DNA of 64,000 nucleotides from Methanocaldococcus sp. 28A (GCA_049852185.1 CP187540.1), one strand, 5' to 3'; positions 9,961-20,667 are shown, counted from the first letter of the stretch. Notes: generated by a model not told the origin, from the sequence alone. Numbers and translations are program-made.

Positions 9961-11049
9961 TTATTTCCAAGGTCTTGCAATAACTGGCATTCCAGCATCT
10001 GGCATCCAAACTCTATCTAAATCAGGACAGATTCTTCTTATGGCAGATTCCTCACTTGAAATAAATAGCATATCATCTTTTTCAGCAGCTATTAAAGGTC
10101 TTAACTTAATTCTATCTGTTAAACCAAACATAGTTGTATCTTTTTCAACGTCTCCATTCATGAATAACAAACCATGCGGTGTTCCAGCAGCAATAGCAAA
10201 AGGACCATTTAGCATAGCTCCTCCATAAGTTAATCTTATTGCTGTATGCAATTCTCTCTCTTCCTCTGGCATCTTATCTATCTCATCCCAGAATCTTGGT
10301 GCTAAAGCAGATAATGCATATTCAACAGGGATTTTGTGTTTTCTCATCAATAAATCTAAGATATAGGCAACAACTTCAGTATCAGTCAATAATCTACACT
10401 TATAACCAAACATCTCAACAAATCTCTTGTTTGTTCCATAGCTTGTTATCTCTCCATTATGAACTACACTCCAATTTAATAAATTGAATGGGTGAGCTCC
10501 TCCCCACCATGCCTTTGTGTTTGTTGGGTATCTCGCATGAGCTAACCACATATAACCTTCATATTTATCTATTCTGTAAAATTCAGCAACCTCATTTGGC
10601 CATCCAACAGCTTTAAAAACACCCAAATTCTTACCACTTGAAATGACAAAAGCCCCATCAATCTTATCGTTTATCTCCATAACGATATCTACAACAACAT
10701 CTTCCTCTCTATTAGAGTATTTTTCATCAACTTCATAGAAGTATCTCCAAGGAATATGGACTTTTTCTATAATACCTTCCTCTGTTGGAATTTCCTCATC
10801 TTTAACTATGGTTCCATACTGTTCTAAAACATTTTCAACTTCCACCTTTATTTTTTCAAATTTTGGTGTGTTATCAATTAAAATATGGAAAGCATAGCAA
10901 TCTTTATATTTTGTTGGGTATATTCCATAACCTACATAACCAGAGCCTTTTCCGTTTCCTCTCTCTTTTAAACTATCTAAAGCTAAGGCTATCTTATCCC
11001 CTTTTATCATTCTTTTTTTTCTACTCATAAAACCGATAATACCACACAT
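9961..11049 (-). CDS. Glutamate synthase class II glutamine amidotransferase subunit
   Basis: N-terminal MCGIIG (Ntn Cys), [17 protein letters not shown]. Confidence 0.93.
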   Translation of the reverse strand: MCGIIGFMSRKKRMIKGDKIALALDSLKERGNGKGSGYVGYGIYPTKYKDCYAFHILIDNTPKFEKIKVEVENVLEQYGTIVKDEEIPTEEGIIEKVHIPWRYFYEVDEKYSNREEDVVVDIVMEINDKIDGAFVISSGKNLGVFKAVGWPNEVAEFYRIDKYEGYMWLAHARYPTNTKAWWGGAHPFNLLNWSVVHNGEITSYGTNKRFVEMFGYKCRLLTDTEVVAYILDLLMRKHKIPVEYALSALAPRFWDEIDKMPEEERELHTAIRLTYGGAMLNGPFAIAAGTPHGLLFMNGDVEKDTTMFGLTDRIKLRPLIAAEKDDMLFISSEESAIRRICPDLDRVWMPDAGMPVIARPWK

Positions 11050-11249
11050 AAACAACCCTCCATAATTAGATATAAAAGAGATAGTTTTTGGATTTTGTAA
11101 ATATTTGTTGATGTTAGTTATATTTAAATAATTATGGTTTGAAAAGTATTTATTATAAATTCCAATATAAAAATCAATATTCTTAATGGCTTTTGTCTTT
11201 CAATAATTTTGAATGTCCAAATATATGAATATAAAATAATAAAGATTAA

Positions 11250-11750
11250 TATAAAACGAAAAAAATTTGAAGAGAACTGTTATAACGAATATGGAATTAT
11301 AAAGATACATAATGATAAGAAAGTCTTTTTTGTAATAAGATAAGCTGTTTTTTAGATAGAACCATCAATATAACTTAAAGAACAATAAAACTAGAAGACC
11401 ATGTTATAATCCAAGAGCAATAGCCGCATCCGAACATCATGTCCTCAATAAATGTCGTTGGAAAATATTAAACTAACGGATAGTAGATATGAAATATGAA
11501 TCGGTAAGTAAATAAGAAAAGAAATGAGAAAAAGAAAAATTACAAAAAGCGGAAGGGTTATTGGAAAGCTTACGACCTTAGATATAAGAAATACGAAATA
11601 AAGGAAGATTATGCATTTATTTTGAGTATTATAAATAAGTTAAATCGCTCTCCGGTAGAAAGACGGTAGATTGGTCGAGCTTCAGCTATATCCCATTAAT
11701 GAATATATAACTGTCAAATATTAAAATTTAAGGGACATAGAGACACTCTT
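11250..11750 (+). pseudogene. Heavily degraded transposase relic (IS1182-like)
   Basis: AGACCATGTTATAATCCAAGAGCAATA (RPCYNPRAI) resembles the IS1182 GRPxYxP motif and a second relic near 61010-61300. Confidence 0.4.
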
Positions 11751-11780
11751 CAGCCCAATATTCAAAAAAAGTATTAAAAT

Positions 11781-12050
11781 TTATGCCAATGAAACTTCTA
11801 CTGTTTCAACGCTCTCAACATCGTCAATCTCTGCTAAAGCATTTTCTATTGGCTCTGTTCCTCCTTCTCTTTCCTCCATTTCAATAACGGTGTATATAGC
11901 GTATAAACCAAAAGCTAATGGCTCATCAAATAATCCCCTTATAACAACATCTTGTTTTTCTAATACCTCTTTAATCTTCTTTTTTAACTCTTCTTTATTA
12001 ACTTCTGGACTTGTAGGCATAATTTTTATTTTTGCTAATACAGTTGCCAT
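11781..12050 (-). CDS. ef1b: Elongation factor 1-beta
   Basis: KIMPTSPEV, EPLAFGL. Confidence 0.96.
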   Translation of the reverse strand: MATVLAKIKIMPTSPEVNKEELKKKIKEVLEKQDVVIRGLFDEPLAFGLYAIYTVIEMEEREGGTEPIENALAEIDDVESVETVEVSLA

Positions 12051-12101
12051 TTTCTCACCACATATTATTGAAATTTAGATTTATGGGCCTTCAAATCCAT
12101 A

Positions 12102-12170
12102 TCCATAGGGCTTCGCCCTATTGGTATACCCGGGATGCATCACCTCGCTCCGCTCGGTGATGCCTCTTAG
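12102..12170 (+). repeat. Palindromic repeat family C (CATAGGG-CTTCG-CCCTATTGGTATAC plus GCATCACC...GGTGATGC hairpin)
   Basis: GC-rich hairpins; related copies at 12419-12468 and 40905-40955. Confidence 0.7.
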
Positions 12171-12213
12171 ATAATAAATAGAATTGGACATTATAAGAAA
12201 TTTATATTAAGTT

Positions 12214-12378
12214 TTATGGGCCTTCAAACCCACATTTTGGACATTTATATGGGTTGTTTAATTTTCTACATTTCTCACATCTTACAATCTCTACTTCTCC
12301 ACAGTTTGGACATGGGAATTTTGTTGATTTCTCTCTTGGTGCAATCTCTGCATTACAGCTTATGCAAATGTATTTCAT
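12214..12378 (-). CDS. Small zinc-ribbon protein (DUF1610 / HVO_2753-like; not in ORF track)
   Basis: 54 aa: [54 protein letters not shown]; conserved position upstream of EF-1beta. Confidence 0.93.
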   Translation of the reverse strand: MKYICISCNAEIAPREKSTKFPCPNCGEVEIVRCEKCRKLNNPYKCPKCGFEGP

Positions 12379-12418
12379 CTTTCCCACCCAGTAATTTTTA
12401 TATGAAACTTTTAAAAAT

Positions 12419-12468
12419 CATAGAGGGAAACCCTCTATTTCTATACTCCTTGTCCATTAAGTTTTGCC
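12419..12468 (+). repeat. Palindromic repeat family C copy
   Basis: CATAGAGGGAAACCCTCTATTTCTATACTCC...CCATTAAGTTTTGCC matches the reverse complement of 40905-40955. Confidence 0.65.
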
Positions 12469-12496
12469 GAATGAAGCGAGGTATAGTCTCTTTTAT

Positions 12497-13147
12497 CTAT
12501 CTTTTATCTATTCCGATAATTTTTGTATATATGTTGTGTTTTCCTTCTAAAATATCTATAACTCTCTCTGGATATTTGCCATTAACAACGTAAGCGTTCA
12601 TTTTAAATTGTTTTAAAAGAATTGGAAAGGTCTCATCTACAGATGTTAAACCTTTAATGTCATTTGCATTAATAATATTTAATAGTTTCCCTTCTGGGAA
12701 TTTATCATATATACCATCAACATTTGTAGCTATTATAACTTCCCTAACATCTAATAACTTTCCTATATATAAACTTAATGAATCTGATGTTATAGCCCAA
12801 GAATGCTCAGCCATATCAGTAGATAGCAAAATTTTTGAAGGTAATATAACAGCAATTTTTTCTTTTTCTATCTCTCTTTTTAAGTCAAATAATGTATCAT
12901 AAGCTTTTATATACCCAATTTCAGCATAGACCTCTCCAATCAAATCCATGCATTTTATAGCAAGCTTATGGGATAAAGAGTTTGAAATTTTTAGATTTTT
13001 ATCTATCTTTCTAACTATATTTGCAAATTCCCCTCCTCCAGGAATAACTAATATTTTTTTATCATTTTCTTTTGCATATTTTTTCAATGCTTTTAATAAT
13101 GGCTCTGCATCATAAGTTAAAGAACCACCAATTTTTATTATATGCAT
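12497..13147 (-). CDS. mfnE: Amino-acid-kinase family protein, probable [5-(aminomethyl)furan-3-yl]methyl phosphate kinase (methanofuran pathway)
   Basis: IIKIGGSL, PGGGEFAN, HSWAITSDS; MJ0458-like. Confidence 0.8.
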   Translation of the reverse strand: MHIIKIGGSLTYDAEPLLKALKKYAKENDKKILVIPGGGEFANIVRKIDKNLKISNSLSHKLAIKCMDLIGEVYAEIGYIKAYDTLFDLKREIEKEKIAVILPSKILLSTDMAEHSWAITSDSLSLYIGKLLDVREVIIATNVDGIYDKFPEGKLLNIINANDIKGLTSVDETFPILLKQFKMNAYVVNGKYPERVIDILEGKHNIYTKIIGIDKR

Positions 13148-13166
13148 TTATCTTCACCAGTAATTA

Positions 13167-13276
13167 TAGTTGTGTGCAAAATAAAATAAACTTTTATAAG
13201 GACAATTTGAATGCCTTCTTTAAGGAAGGCATTCTTTAGTTCCTTATTTTATTTAAGATAGTTTTGCACACAACTA
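13167..13276. mobile_element. MITE family A (110 bp, TIR TAGTTGTGTGCAAAA, TA flanks)
   Basis: 15-bp perfect TIRs, internal GAATGCCTTC...GAAGGCATTC hairpin; four copies in the window. Confidence 0.88.
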
Positions 13277-14520
13277 TATTTCAAAATCTCATAAAACACT
13301 TTAGCCATCTTAATTAAATCCTCTATTTTAATGTGCTCATTTGGTTGGTGAGCAGTTTCCTCACCAATGCCCCAAACAGCTACTTTATAACCTTTCTCTC
13401 TCAAAAATGCTGCAACAGTTCCTCCACCCATTCCACAGAGCTTTGCCTCTCTATCTAAAACATTCTTTATAGCTTTTTTCAATTCATTAATAATTTCTGA
13501 GTTTTCATCTGTATAGTTTGGATTTTCTGATTTTAATATTTCATACTCTATTGTTGCCTCTATTGAGGTATCATAATACTTAATATATTTTTTAAAGTCA
13601 AAGTTTTTAATAAACTCTTCTATAAACTCTAAAACTTCCTCTATTTTATAATTTGGCAGAATTCTGCAGTCAAAAACAACTTCAACATATCCTGGAATTG
13701 TGTTTGGATTTTCAACTTTATTTTTTAATATCGTTGGTTCAAAGGTTGAATACTCTGGCAAAAATATTGGATTAATTTTGTTAAATGTTTTGTATATATT
13801 GTTGTATAACTCATTTGCAAAGTTAAAAGCAACTATATCAGCATTTAACCCATTTTCAGGTGTGCTACCATGACACTGCTTTCCTCTAATCTTAAATTTT
13901 ATCCATAAAATGCCCTTCTCTCCAATCTCTACAAATTCTCCAGTTGGTGTTCCAAAATCTGGAACTATAATTAAATCATCTTTTTTAAATATCTCATCCT
14001 CAAAGTTATCCAATAGATATTTTAAGCCATATTCACTTCCATCCTCTTCATCAGAGACAAAAATTAATGATAAATTGTATTTTGGCTTAATATTATTTTC
14101 AAAAATCATTTTTAATAATAGAAGAGAAGAGACTATTCCTTTATGGTTGTCCTCTGCTCCTCTTCCATAAATTTTTCCATCTTTAATAACTGGTTCATAA
14201 GGATTTGTATCCCACAAACTAATATCACCTTCTGGAACAGTATCTAAATGAGAAATTATATGTAATGTTTTATCTCTATTGAAATCTATTTTAAAAACTA
14301 TATTTGTCCTCTCAATGTCATATCTGTCAATAGTGTTGTATTCTTTTAGAGTATAATTTTTTATATTATATTTTTTAACATATTCCATTAATTTGTTTTT
14401 AACATATTCTGCTTTTTCTTTCTCTCCTTTTCCACCAAATGAAGGATTAACTGAATTTATTTTTATTAAATCACTCTCCAACTTTATAGCCTCTTCTTTT
14501 AATTCCTCCATATTTATCAT
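13249..14520 (-). CDS. M20 family metallopeptidase (DapE/ArgE-like); C-terminus runs into MITE A
   Basis: SHLDTVP, GRGAEDN, DEE, GKQCHGS and AHQPNE motifs. Confidence 0.92.
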   Translation of the reverse strand: MINMEELKEEAIKLESDLIKINSVNPSFGGKGEKEKAEYVKNKLMEYVKKYNIKNYTLKEYNTIDRYDIERTNIVFKIDFNRDKTLHIISHLDTVPEGDISLWDTNPYEPVIKDGKIYGRGAEDNHKGIVSSLLLLKMIFENNIKPKYNLSLIFVSDEEDGSEYGLKYLLDNFEDEIFKKDDLIIVPDFGTPTGEFVEIGEKGILWIKFKIRGKQCHGSTPENGLNADIVAFNFANELYNNIYKTFNKINPIFLPEYSTFEPTILKNKVENPNTIPGYVEVVFDCRILPNYKIEEVLEFIEEFIKNFDFKKYIKYYDTSIEATIEYEILKSENPNYTDENSEIINELKKAIKNVLDREAKLCGMGGGTVAAFLREKGYKVAVWGIGEETAHQPNEHIKIEDLIKMAKVFYEILKYSCVQNYLK

Positions 14521-14529
14521 CTCAATCTT

Positions 14530-15579
14530 TTAGAGTATTTTAAAATACAATATTAATGTTGTTAAATGCAATATATAAATTAACATTCCAATTAATAAAA
14601 ACCTTACTACCCCAACTTCCCTATTAGATAATCTTAACGTTATCAAATTTGCAAATGAAGAAATTAAAGTTCCATTTCCTCCAACATTCACACCATAGGC
14701 AATTGGAAGCCAATTATCGTAGATATTTGAGAGAAGAACTGTTGCTGGTACATTAGAGATAATTTGGGATAATAATGATGAATAAACCATTATCATCACA
14801 TCATCTCCTCGTATATGAAACAAATTTATTATACCTAATTTTTTAATACCATAAACATCTATAAACAAAAATATGAATGTTAATAAAAACAAATAATCAA
14901 TTTTTGGTTTTTTAATTAAAATAATTGCCAAAATTATTGGAAATATATAAATGAAATTTAAAAATCCAAAGATGCATAGTAAAATCAGCATAAAGATTAT
15001 AAGATAAATTATCCACTCTTTTTTAAACTCCATTTCTACATTTATCTTACAATTATATTTTTTAAACTCCATAAATGGCAAAATAATTAAGATTCCAAAA
15101 ATTTCGAAAGGAATCATATTTTTTATAAATTCAAAAGCCCCTATATTATAAAAATGATATAAAAATAGATTTTGAGGATTGCCTATTGGAGTTAAACCAC
15201 TCCCAATATTTGCAGATACCCCCTCAAGTATTATAAGTTTTTCAAGGTCTTTTTTGTCAGCTTCTATATATTTAAATAAAATTAATGTGAAAGGAATTAT
15301 AACAAACAAAGCAATATCATTTGTTATTATCATTGATAAAAATAATGTTAAGGTTATTAAAGTAATAAATACTCTACTTGAATGTTTTATCACAATTAAA
15401 GAAATATAATCTAAAAATTTTGAATCTTTTAGAACATTTACAATAACCATTAAATAAAACAAAGATAGTATAGTTTTCCATTCTATTACATGGATAGCTT
15501 CAGATAAGCTAACTACAAATATTAGCATTAGAATGCCCACAAATATAAAAATTAAAAATATAAATGTATCAACTCTCAT
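14530..15579 (-). CDS. SLC13/ArsB/NhaD-type anion permease
   Basis: Multiple TM segments; ITND, ANIGSGLTPIGNPQN, SNVPA. Confidence 0.88.
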   Translation of the reverse strand: MRVDTFIFLIFIFVGILMLIFVVSLSEAIHVIEWKTILSLFYLMVIVNVLKDSKFLDYISLIVIKHSSRVFITLITLTLFLSMIITNDIALFVIIPFTLILFKYIEADKKDLEKLIILEGVSANIGSGLTPIGNPQNLFLYHFYNIGAFEFIKNMIPFEIFGILIILPFMEFKKYNCKINVEMEFKKEWIIYLIIFMLILLCIFGFLNFIYIFPIILAIILIKKPKIDYLFLLTFIFLFIDVYGIKKLGIINLFHIRGDDVMIMVYSSLLSQIISNVPATVLLSNIYDNWLPIAYGVNVGGNGTLISSFANLITLRLSNREVGVVRFLLIGMLIYILHLTTLILYFKIL

Positions 15580-15606
15580 AAATATCCCAACGATGTGGTG
15601 TTTATT

Positions 15607-16188
15607 ATGAACTGCTCTAAATGTATTAAAAAACTTTGCTATGCTGGAAAAAACTGTAAAAAGGATATAACAAAAAAAATTTTAGATGAATATAAAAAAG
15701 AAGACAATTTAAAAATAGCTAAAGTTTCTTCTTATATAGAGGCTACATATTACATGAAAAAAACGAGGTTGGAGGAGATTATAGAATTCTGCAAACTTAT
15801 GGATTATAAAAAGATAGGTATTGCTTTTTGTATTGGTTTAGAGGAGGAGGCAAAAATATTAGAGGAAATTCTATCTCAACATTTTAACACCTATTCAGTT
15901 TGTTGCAAAGTCTGTGGAATTGATAAAGATGTTTTAAAGTTGAAAAAAATTAACAATAATAACAAAGAGGCGATGTGTAATCCTATAGCTCAGGCAGAAA
16001 TTTTAAATGAGATTGGGGTTGATTTAAATATTATTGTTGGTTTATGTATTGGACATGATATTCTATTCCAAAAATATTCAAAAGCTCCAACGACTACATT
16101 TATTGTTAAGGATAGAGTTTTATCTCACAATACAGCTGGTGTTTTATATAGCAAATACTACCTAAAAAAGCTTAAAGGGATAAAATGA
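15607..16188 (+). CDS. DUF1847 metal-binding protein
   Basis: TRLEEIIEF, GIAFCIGL, MCNPIAQA, GLCIGHD; start MNCSKC preferred over GTG 15595. Confidence 0.88.
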   Translation: MNCSKCIKKLCYAGKNCKKDITKKILDEYKKEDNLKIAKVSSYIEATYYMKKTRLEEIIEFCKLMDYKKIGIAFCIGLEEEAKILEEILSQHFNTYSVCCKVCGIDKDVLKLKKINNNNKEAMCNPIAQAEILNEIGVDLNIIVGLCIGHDILFQKYSKAPTTTFIVKDRVLSHNTAGVLYSKYYLKKLKGIK

Positions 16189-17171
16189 AAGATTTAAGAC
16201 CAATAATATGGAATGATGATAAAAAAGAGCTAATTTTAATAGACCAAAGGAAGCTTCCAAACAAATTAGAATATTTTATCTGCAAAAATTATGAAGATGT
16301 TGCATTTGCAATAAAAGATATGGTTGTTAGAGGAGCCCCTGCTATTGGAGTTTCTGCAGCTTATGGATTGGCTTTAGCTGAAATTAGAGGAGATGATATC
16401 TATAAGGCATACAACATCTTAAAGAATACAAGACCTACTGCAGTTAATCTATTTTGGGCATTGGATAGATGCTTAGAAGCTTACAAAAAAGGAAAATCAA
16501 TCTTAGATGAAGCAAAAAAAATTCATGAGGAAGATATAGAAACCTGCAGAAAAATTGGAATGATTGGAGAGAAGCTTATAGAAGATGGAGATACTATCTT
16601 AACCCACTGCAATGCTGGAGCTTTAGCAACCTCTGCCTATGGAACTGCTTTAAGTGTTATTAGATTTGCCTTCTACAATGGAAAAAAGATTAGAGTTATA
16701 GCTGATGAAACAAGACCAAGATTGCAAGGAGCTAAGCTAACAGCTTTTGAGCTAAGTTATGAAGGTATTCCTGTTAAGGTTATAACAGATAATACTGCGG
16801 GTTTTTTAATGCAAAAGGGAGAGATTGATAAGATTATAGTTGGAGCAGATAGAATTTTGGCAGATGGAACTGTCTATAACAAAATTGGAACCTATAGTTT
16901 GGCAGTTTTAGCTAAATATCATGGTATTCCTTTCTATGTGGCTGCTCCTTTATCAACGTTTGATTTAAAAAGTAATGAAGAAGATGTTATTATTGAAGAG
17001 AGGGATGAGAAAGAAGTAGCTTATATTGATGGCGTTAGAATAATTCCTAAAGGTGTTGGTTGCTATAACTATGCATTTGATAAAACTCCTCCTGAGCTAA
17101 TAACTGCAATTATAACTGAAAAAGGAATTGTAAATCCTAAAAAAGAGGAAATTCTTAAAATTTTTGAATAA
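16185..17171 (+). CDS. mtnA: Methylthioribose-1-phosphate isomerase
   Basis: VRGAPAIG, RPTAVNL, THCNAG, ETRPRLQG, NKIGT. Confidence 0.95.
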   Translation: MKDLRPIIWNDDKKELILIDQRKLPNKLEYFICKNYEDVAFAIKDMVVRGAPAIGVSAAYGLALAEIRGDDIYKAYNILKNTRPTAVNLFWALDRCLEAYKKGKSILDEAKKIHEEDIETCRKIGMIGEKLIEDGDTILTHCNAGALATSAYGTALSVIRFAFYNGKKIRVIADETRPRLQGAKLTAFELSYEGIPVKVITDNTAGFLMQKGEIDKIIVGADRILADGTVYNKIGTYSLAVLAKYHGIPFYVAAPLSTFDLKSNEEDVIIEERDEKEVAYIDGVRIIPKGVGCYNYAFDKTPPELITAIITEKGIVNPKKEEILKIFE

Positions 17172-17195
17172 ATATAAAAAATACAATGTGAAAAT

Positions 17196-17510
17196 ATGGC
17201 ATGTATTGATAAAATGAACTATGAAATTTTATACAAAGGCGGATTTAAAGATTGTGCAGAATTTATAAGAAAAAATTTTAAAAATGTTAAAGAGATGAAC
17301 GCAGGAGATGAAATCATTAAAGGAATTTTCTTAATTGGAATTCCACCAATTCCAGTAGCATATGAGGATAATTGTATAATATTCCCTTATACAAAACCAT
17401 GTTATGGAACTTTTGTTTTAAAAATTAATCTTGAAGAGATAAAAGAAGAGGAAAAAGAAGGAACTGAAAAAAATAAAAAGAGTTTATTATCAAAACTAAA
17501 ATTCTGGTGA
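17196..17510 (+). CDS. DUF1894 family protein
   Basis: IGIPPIP, FPYTKPCYGTFV. Confidence 0.8.
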   Translation: MACIDKMNYEILYKGGFKDCAEFIRKNFKNVKEMNAGDEIIKGIFLIGIPPIPVAYEDNCIIFPYTKPCYGTFVLKINLEEIKEEEKEGTEKNKKSLLSKLKFW

Positions 17511-17514
17511 AAAC

Positions 17515-17961
17515 ATGAATATATTAGTTATAGTTGGATGTCCTGAACCGCCAGCATTAATTCCTTCTGTTTTATATTTAATAAACCAATTGAAAAAAAG
17601 AGGAGATAATGTTATTATAGCTGCAAATCACGCAGCAATAAAGCTTTTGGAGGTTGCTGATGATGATAAACACTATTTAAAAGGTGTTGGAGCTGTAGAT
17701 ATTGATGAAGGCATAAAGGGAATAGAAGAAATTGATAAAATAATTGCCTTTGTCCATAATGATGGAGGAGTTAGCTATACAGTATCCTACAAAACCAAAT
17801 ATAACAAAGACACATATGCCATTGTCTTTGGAAAACAAATAAATAAAGATTACGTTGAAACTCTAAAAAACAATAATATAGAGGTTTATACTGCGAGAGC
17901 TTTCCATAATCCAATGCCAATTGTAAATAAAATAAAAGAACTTCTATTTAAATCTTTTTAA
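17515..17961 (+). CDS. DUF1890 family protein
   Basis: GCPEPP, LLEVAD, FVHND, AFHNPMP. Confidence 0.82.
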   Translation: MNILVIVGCPEPPALIPSVLYLINQLKKRGDNVIIAANHAAIKLLEVADDDKHYLKGVGAVDIDEGIKGIEEIDKIIAFVHNDGGVSYTVSYKTKYNKDTYAIVFGKQINKDYVETLKNNNIEVYTARAFHNPMPIVNKIKELLFKSF

Positions 17962-18625
17962 TAATCTCTAAAAATTCATCTACTTTTTTTAAATCTTTCT
18001 TTCCACCATAAGCTTCTAATGAGGAAGATACATCTACAGCGTAAGGTTTAACTGTCTTTATTGCCTCTAATATATTATCCTTATTTAAACCACCAGCTAA
18101 AATTAAAGGTTTTTCTAAAGATTCTTTCAATTTTTTAGATACTGCCCAATTATGAACCTTCCCTTCAAATTTTATATTCTCTATTTTTGTATCTACCAAA
18201 ATTGCATCAACATATTTTTCATATTCTTTAGCAGTATTTAATAAAGCTTTAAAACCTATCTCTTCATCTTTAGGTATGTGGATAACTTTAATTATATCAG
18301 CATTTAATTTTCCATTATTTTTTAAATTTCTTATCTCTTTAACAAAATCTAAGCTCTCAAATCCATGTAGCTGTATAGCATTTGGTTTTAAAGATTTATA
18401 AATCTCTAAAACCTCCCTTATATCATTTGGCATTAATACAGAGACTAATGATGTAAATGGAGCAATATATTTTTTTAACTCTATAGCTTTATCCAACGAT
18501 ATTTTTCTTGGAGTTTTTACAGGGACATCTATTATAACTCCAACAGCATGAACCCTTTTTGATATATATGCCATATCTTCTTCATTAGTAATTCCACAAA
18601 TTTTTACCTTAACCAAATTTTTCAC
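17948..18625 (-). CDS. trpF: Phosphoribosylanthranilate isomerase
   Basis: VKICGIT, IQLHG, LAGGL, VDVSSSLE. Confidence 0.95.
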   Translation of the reverse strand: MKNLVKVKICGITNEEDMAYISKRVHAVGVIIDVPVKTPRKISLDKAIELKKYIAPFTSLVSVLMPNDIREVLEIYKSLKPNAIQLHGFESLDFVKEIRNLKNNGKLNADIIKVIHIPKDEEIGFKALLNTAKEYEKYVDAILVDTKIENIKFEGKVHNWAVSKKLKESLEKPLILAGGLNKDNILEAIKTVKPYAVDVSSSLEAYGGKKDLKKVDEFLEIIKKI

Positions 18626-18741
18626 CTTTTATATTATATTTGGGCTGAGGGAGTTTGGTCATAAAGTATCTGACGGTGGGATTATGATAGTCTTTTCTTT
18701 ATTAGTTCTTTACTACACTCTTTAATTACTTTATAAAAATA

Positions 18742-18917
18742 GGACTTTCGCAGGAATAAATATTTTATTGAAAATGGACACCTTTAAGGTGTCTAAATTC
18801 CAAACTATAGTTGTGAGCAAAACTATCTTAATTAAAATAAGGTATTAATGAATGTCTTCCTTTTGGAAGGCATCTAAATTATCCTTTTTAAAGTTTATTT
18901 CATTTTGCACACAACTA
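18742..18917. mobile_element. Nested MITEs: family B left half (18742-18805) followed by family A (18808-18917)
   Basis: GGACTTTCGCA TIR, then TAGTTGTGAGCAAAA...TTTTGCACACAACTA with TA flanks. Confidence 0.85.
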
Positions 18918-19141
18918 TAATTGCACGTGCAAATTTGAGAGAGCATATGGCATTATATTGGTGGGAAGGAAAGATTGAGGATGATAATGAAATAGGGGCT
19001 ATTTTAAAGACGGATGATGATAAATGGGAAGAGGTAAAAAAGGTTATTAGGGAATTACATCCTTATACAACACCTTTAATTATGAAGATGAATATTGAGG
19101 ATGTGAATAATGAGTATTTAAAATGGCTAAAAGATTTGTAG
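18918..19141 (+). pseudogene. cutA: CutA divalent-cation tolerance protein, 5' part lost or disrupted
   Basis: IARANLREHMALYWWEGKIEDDNEIGAILKT...LHPYTTP; the ORF start lies inside the MITE TIR. Confidence 0.82.
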
Positions 19142-19265
19142 GATAAGAATAGTGTTTAAATTCAATATATAAACTGCAAAAAGCTATAATGATAAAATTT
19201 ATAAACTTCCTGCTAAAATAAAAAATATCCAACATATCACCATAAGATTTTTTTGAGGGATAGTC

Positions 19266-20510
19266 ATGTTTTTAACATTGGATGATTTTAATTTTGATGA
19301 GAAAAGAGTAGTTTTAAGAGTAGATATAAACTGTCCAATAGACCCAAATACAGGAGAGATTTTAGATGATAAGAGGATTAGAGAGATTAAGAACACAATT
19401 ACAGAGCTCATACACAAAAATGCTAAGGTTGTTATCTTAGCTCACCAAAGTAGACCAGGGAAAAAAGATTTTACAACATTAAAAAACCACGCAAAGGTTT
19501 TATCAGATGTTATTGGTAAGGAGGTAGAGTATATTGATGAAGTTATAGGTTCTACAGCGAGAGAATCTATAATTAATATGAAAAGTGGAGATGTTATATT
19601 GTTAGAGAATGTTAGGTTTTATTCTGAAGAGGTTTTAAATGATTGGAAAAAATGGAAGGATATTACACCAAAAAAACAGGCTGAAACAAATTTAATTAGA
19701 AGATTGGCTCCTCTTTTTGATTATTTTGTTAATGATGCCTTTGCAGCTGCACATAGAGCTCAGCCATCATTAGTTGGTTTCTCTTATTATATGCCAATGA
19801 TTGCAGGAAGATTGATGGAAAGAGAGGTTGGAGTTTTATCAAAGGTTTTAGAAAATCCTGAAAGACCTTGTGTTTATGTTTTAGGTGGAGCTAAGGCAGA
19901 TGATTCAATAAGAGTTATGAAAAATGTTTTAGAAAATGGAACAGCTGATAAAGTTTTAACCTCAGGAATTGTTGCTAACATATTCCTTGTAGCTATGGGA
20001 TATGATTTGGGAGTTAATGTGGATGTTATAGAAAATCTTGGATTGAAAAGTCAAATAGAGATTGCTAAAGAGTTGTTAGATAAATTTGAAGATAAAATAA
20101 TAGTTCCGATAGATGTAGCTCTAAATATTAATGAAGAGAGAGTTGAAGCTGATTTAAATAAAAATGAAAAAGTAGAGCATTTAATTAATGATATTGGAGA
20201 GAAAACTATTGAACTTTACAGTGAAATAATTAATGAGGCAAATACTATCGTCGCCAATGGACCTGCTGGTGTGTTTGAAAAAGAGGCATTTGCAAAAGGT
20301 ACTGAGGAGTTGTTAAAAGCAATAGCTAACTCAAAAGGATTTTCAGTTATTGGAGGAGGACATTTGTCAGCTGCAGCTGAGTTATTTGGAATTACTGATA
20401 AAATAGACCACGTTAGCACTGGAGGTGGAGCTACCTTAGATTTCTTAGCTGGAGAAAAATTGCCAGTAATAGAGATGCTTAAGGAACCATATAAAAAATA
20501 TAAAGGATAA
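19266..20510 (+). CDS. pgk: Phosphoglycerate kinase
   Basis: [33 protein letters not shown]. Confidence 0.97.
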   Translation: MFLTLDDFNFDEKRVVLRVDINCPIDPNTGEILDDKRIREIKNTITELIHKNAKVVILAHQSRPGKKDFTTLKNHAKVLSDVIGKEVEYIDEVIGSTARESIINMKSGDVILLENVRFYSEEVLNDWKKWKDITPKKQAETNLIRRLAPLFDYFVNDAFAAAHRAQPSLVGFSYYMPMIAGRLMEREVGVLSKVLENPERPCVYVLGGAKADDSIRVMKNVLENGTADKVLTSGIVANIFLVAMGYDLGVNVDVIENLGLKSQIEIAKELLDKFEDKIIVPIDVALNINEERVEADLNKNEKVEHLINDIGEKTIELYSEIINEANTIVANGPAGVFEKEAFAKGTEELLKAIANSKGFSVIGGGHLSAAAELFGITDKIDHVSTGGGATLDFLAGEKLPVIEMLKEPYKKYKG

Positions 20511-20667
20511 TTATTTTTAATTTTTTATTTTTGCATCTAATAATAGTAGATTTTTATCATATAATTATTAAGGTTAAATCAAGTATTTAAAATAAAAGCA
20601 AATCGAAAGTTTTAAAAGAAATAGTATTAAAAATTAAAAATACAATATTACCAAAAAAGGGGATTCT

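Noticed and set aside
12216-12593. 125-aa plus-strand ORF
   Set aside because: Shadow of the zinc-ribbon gene and mfnE on the opposite strand.
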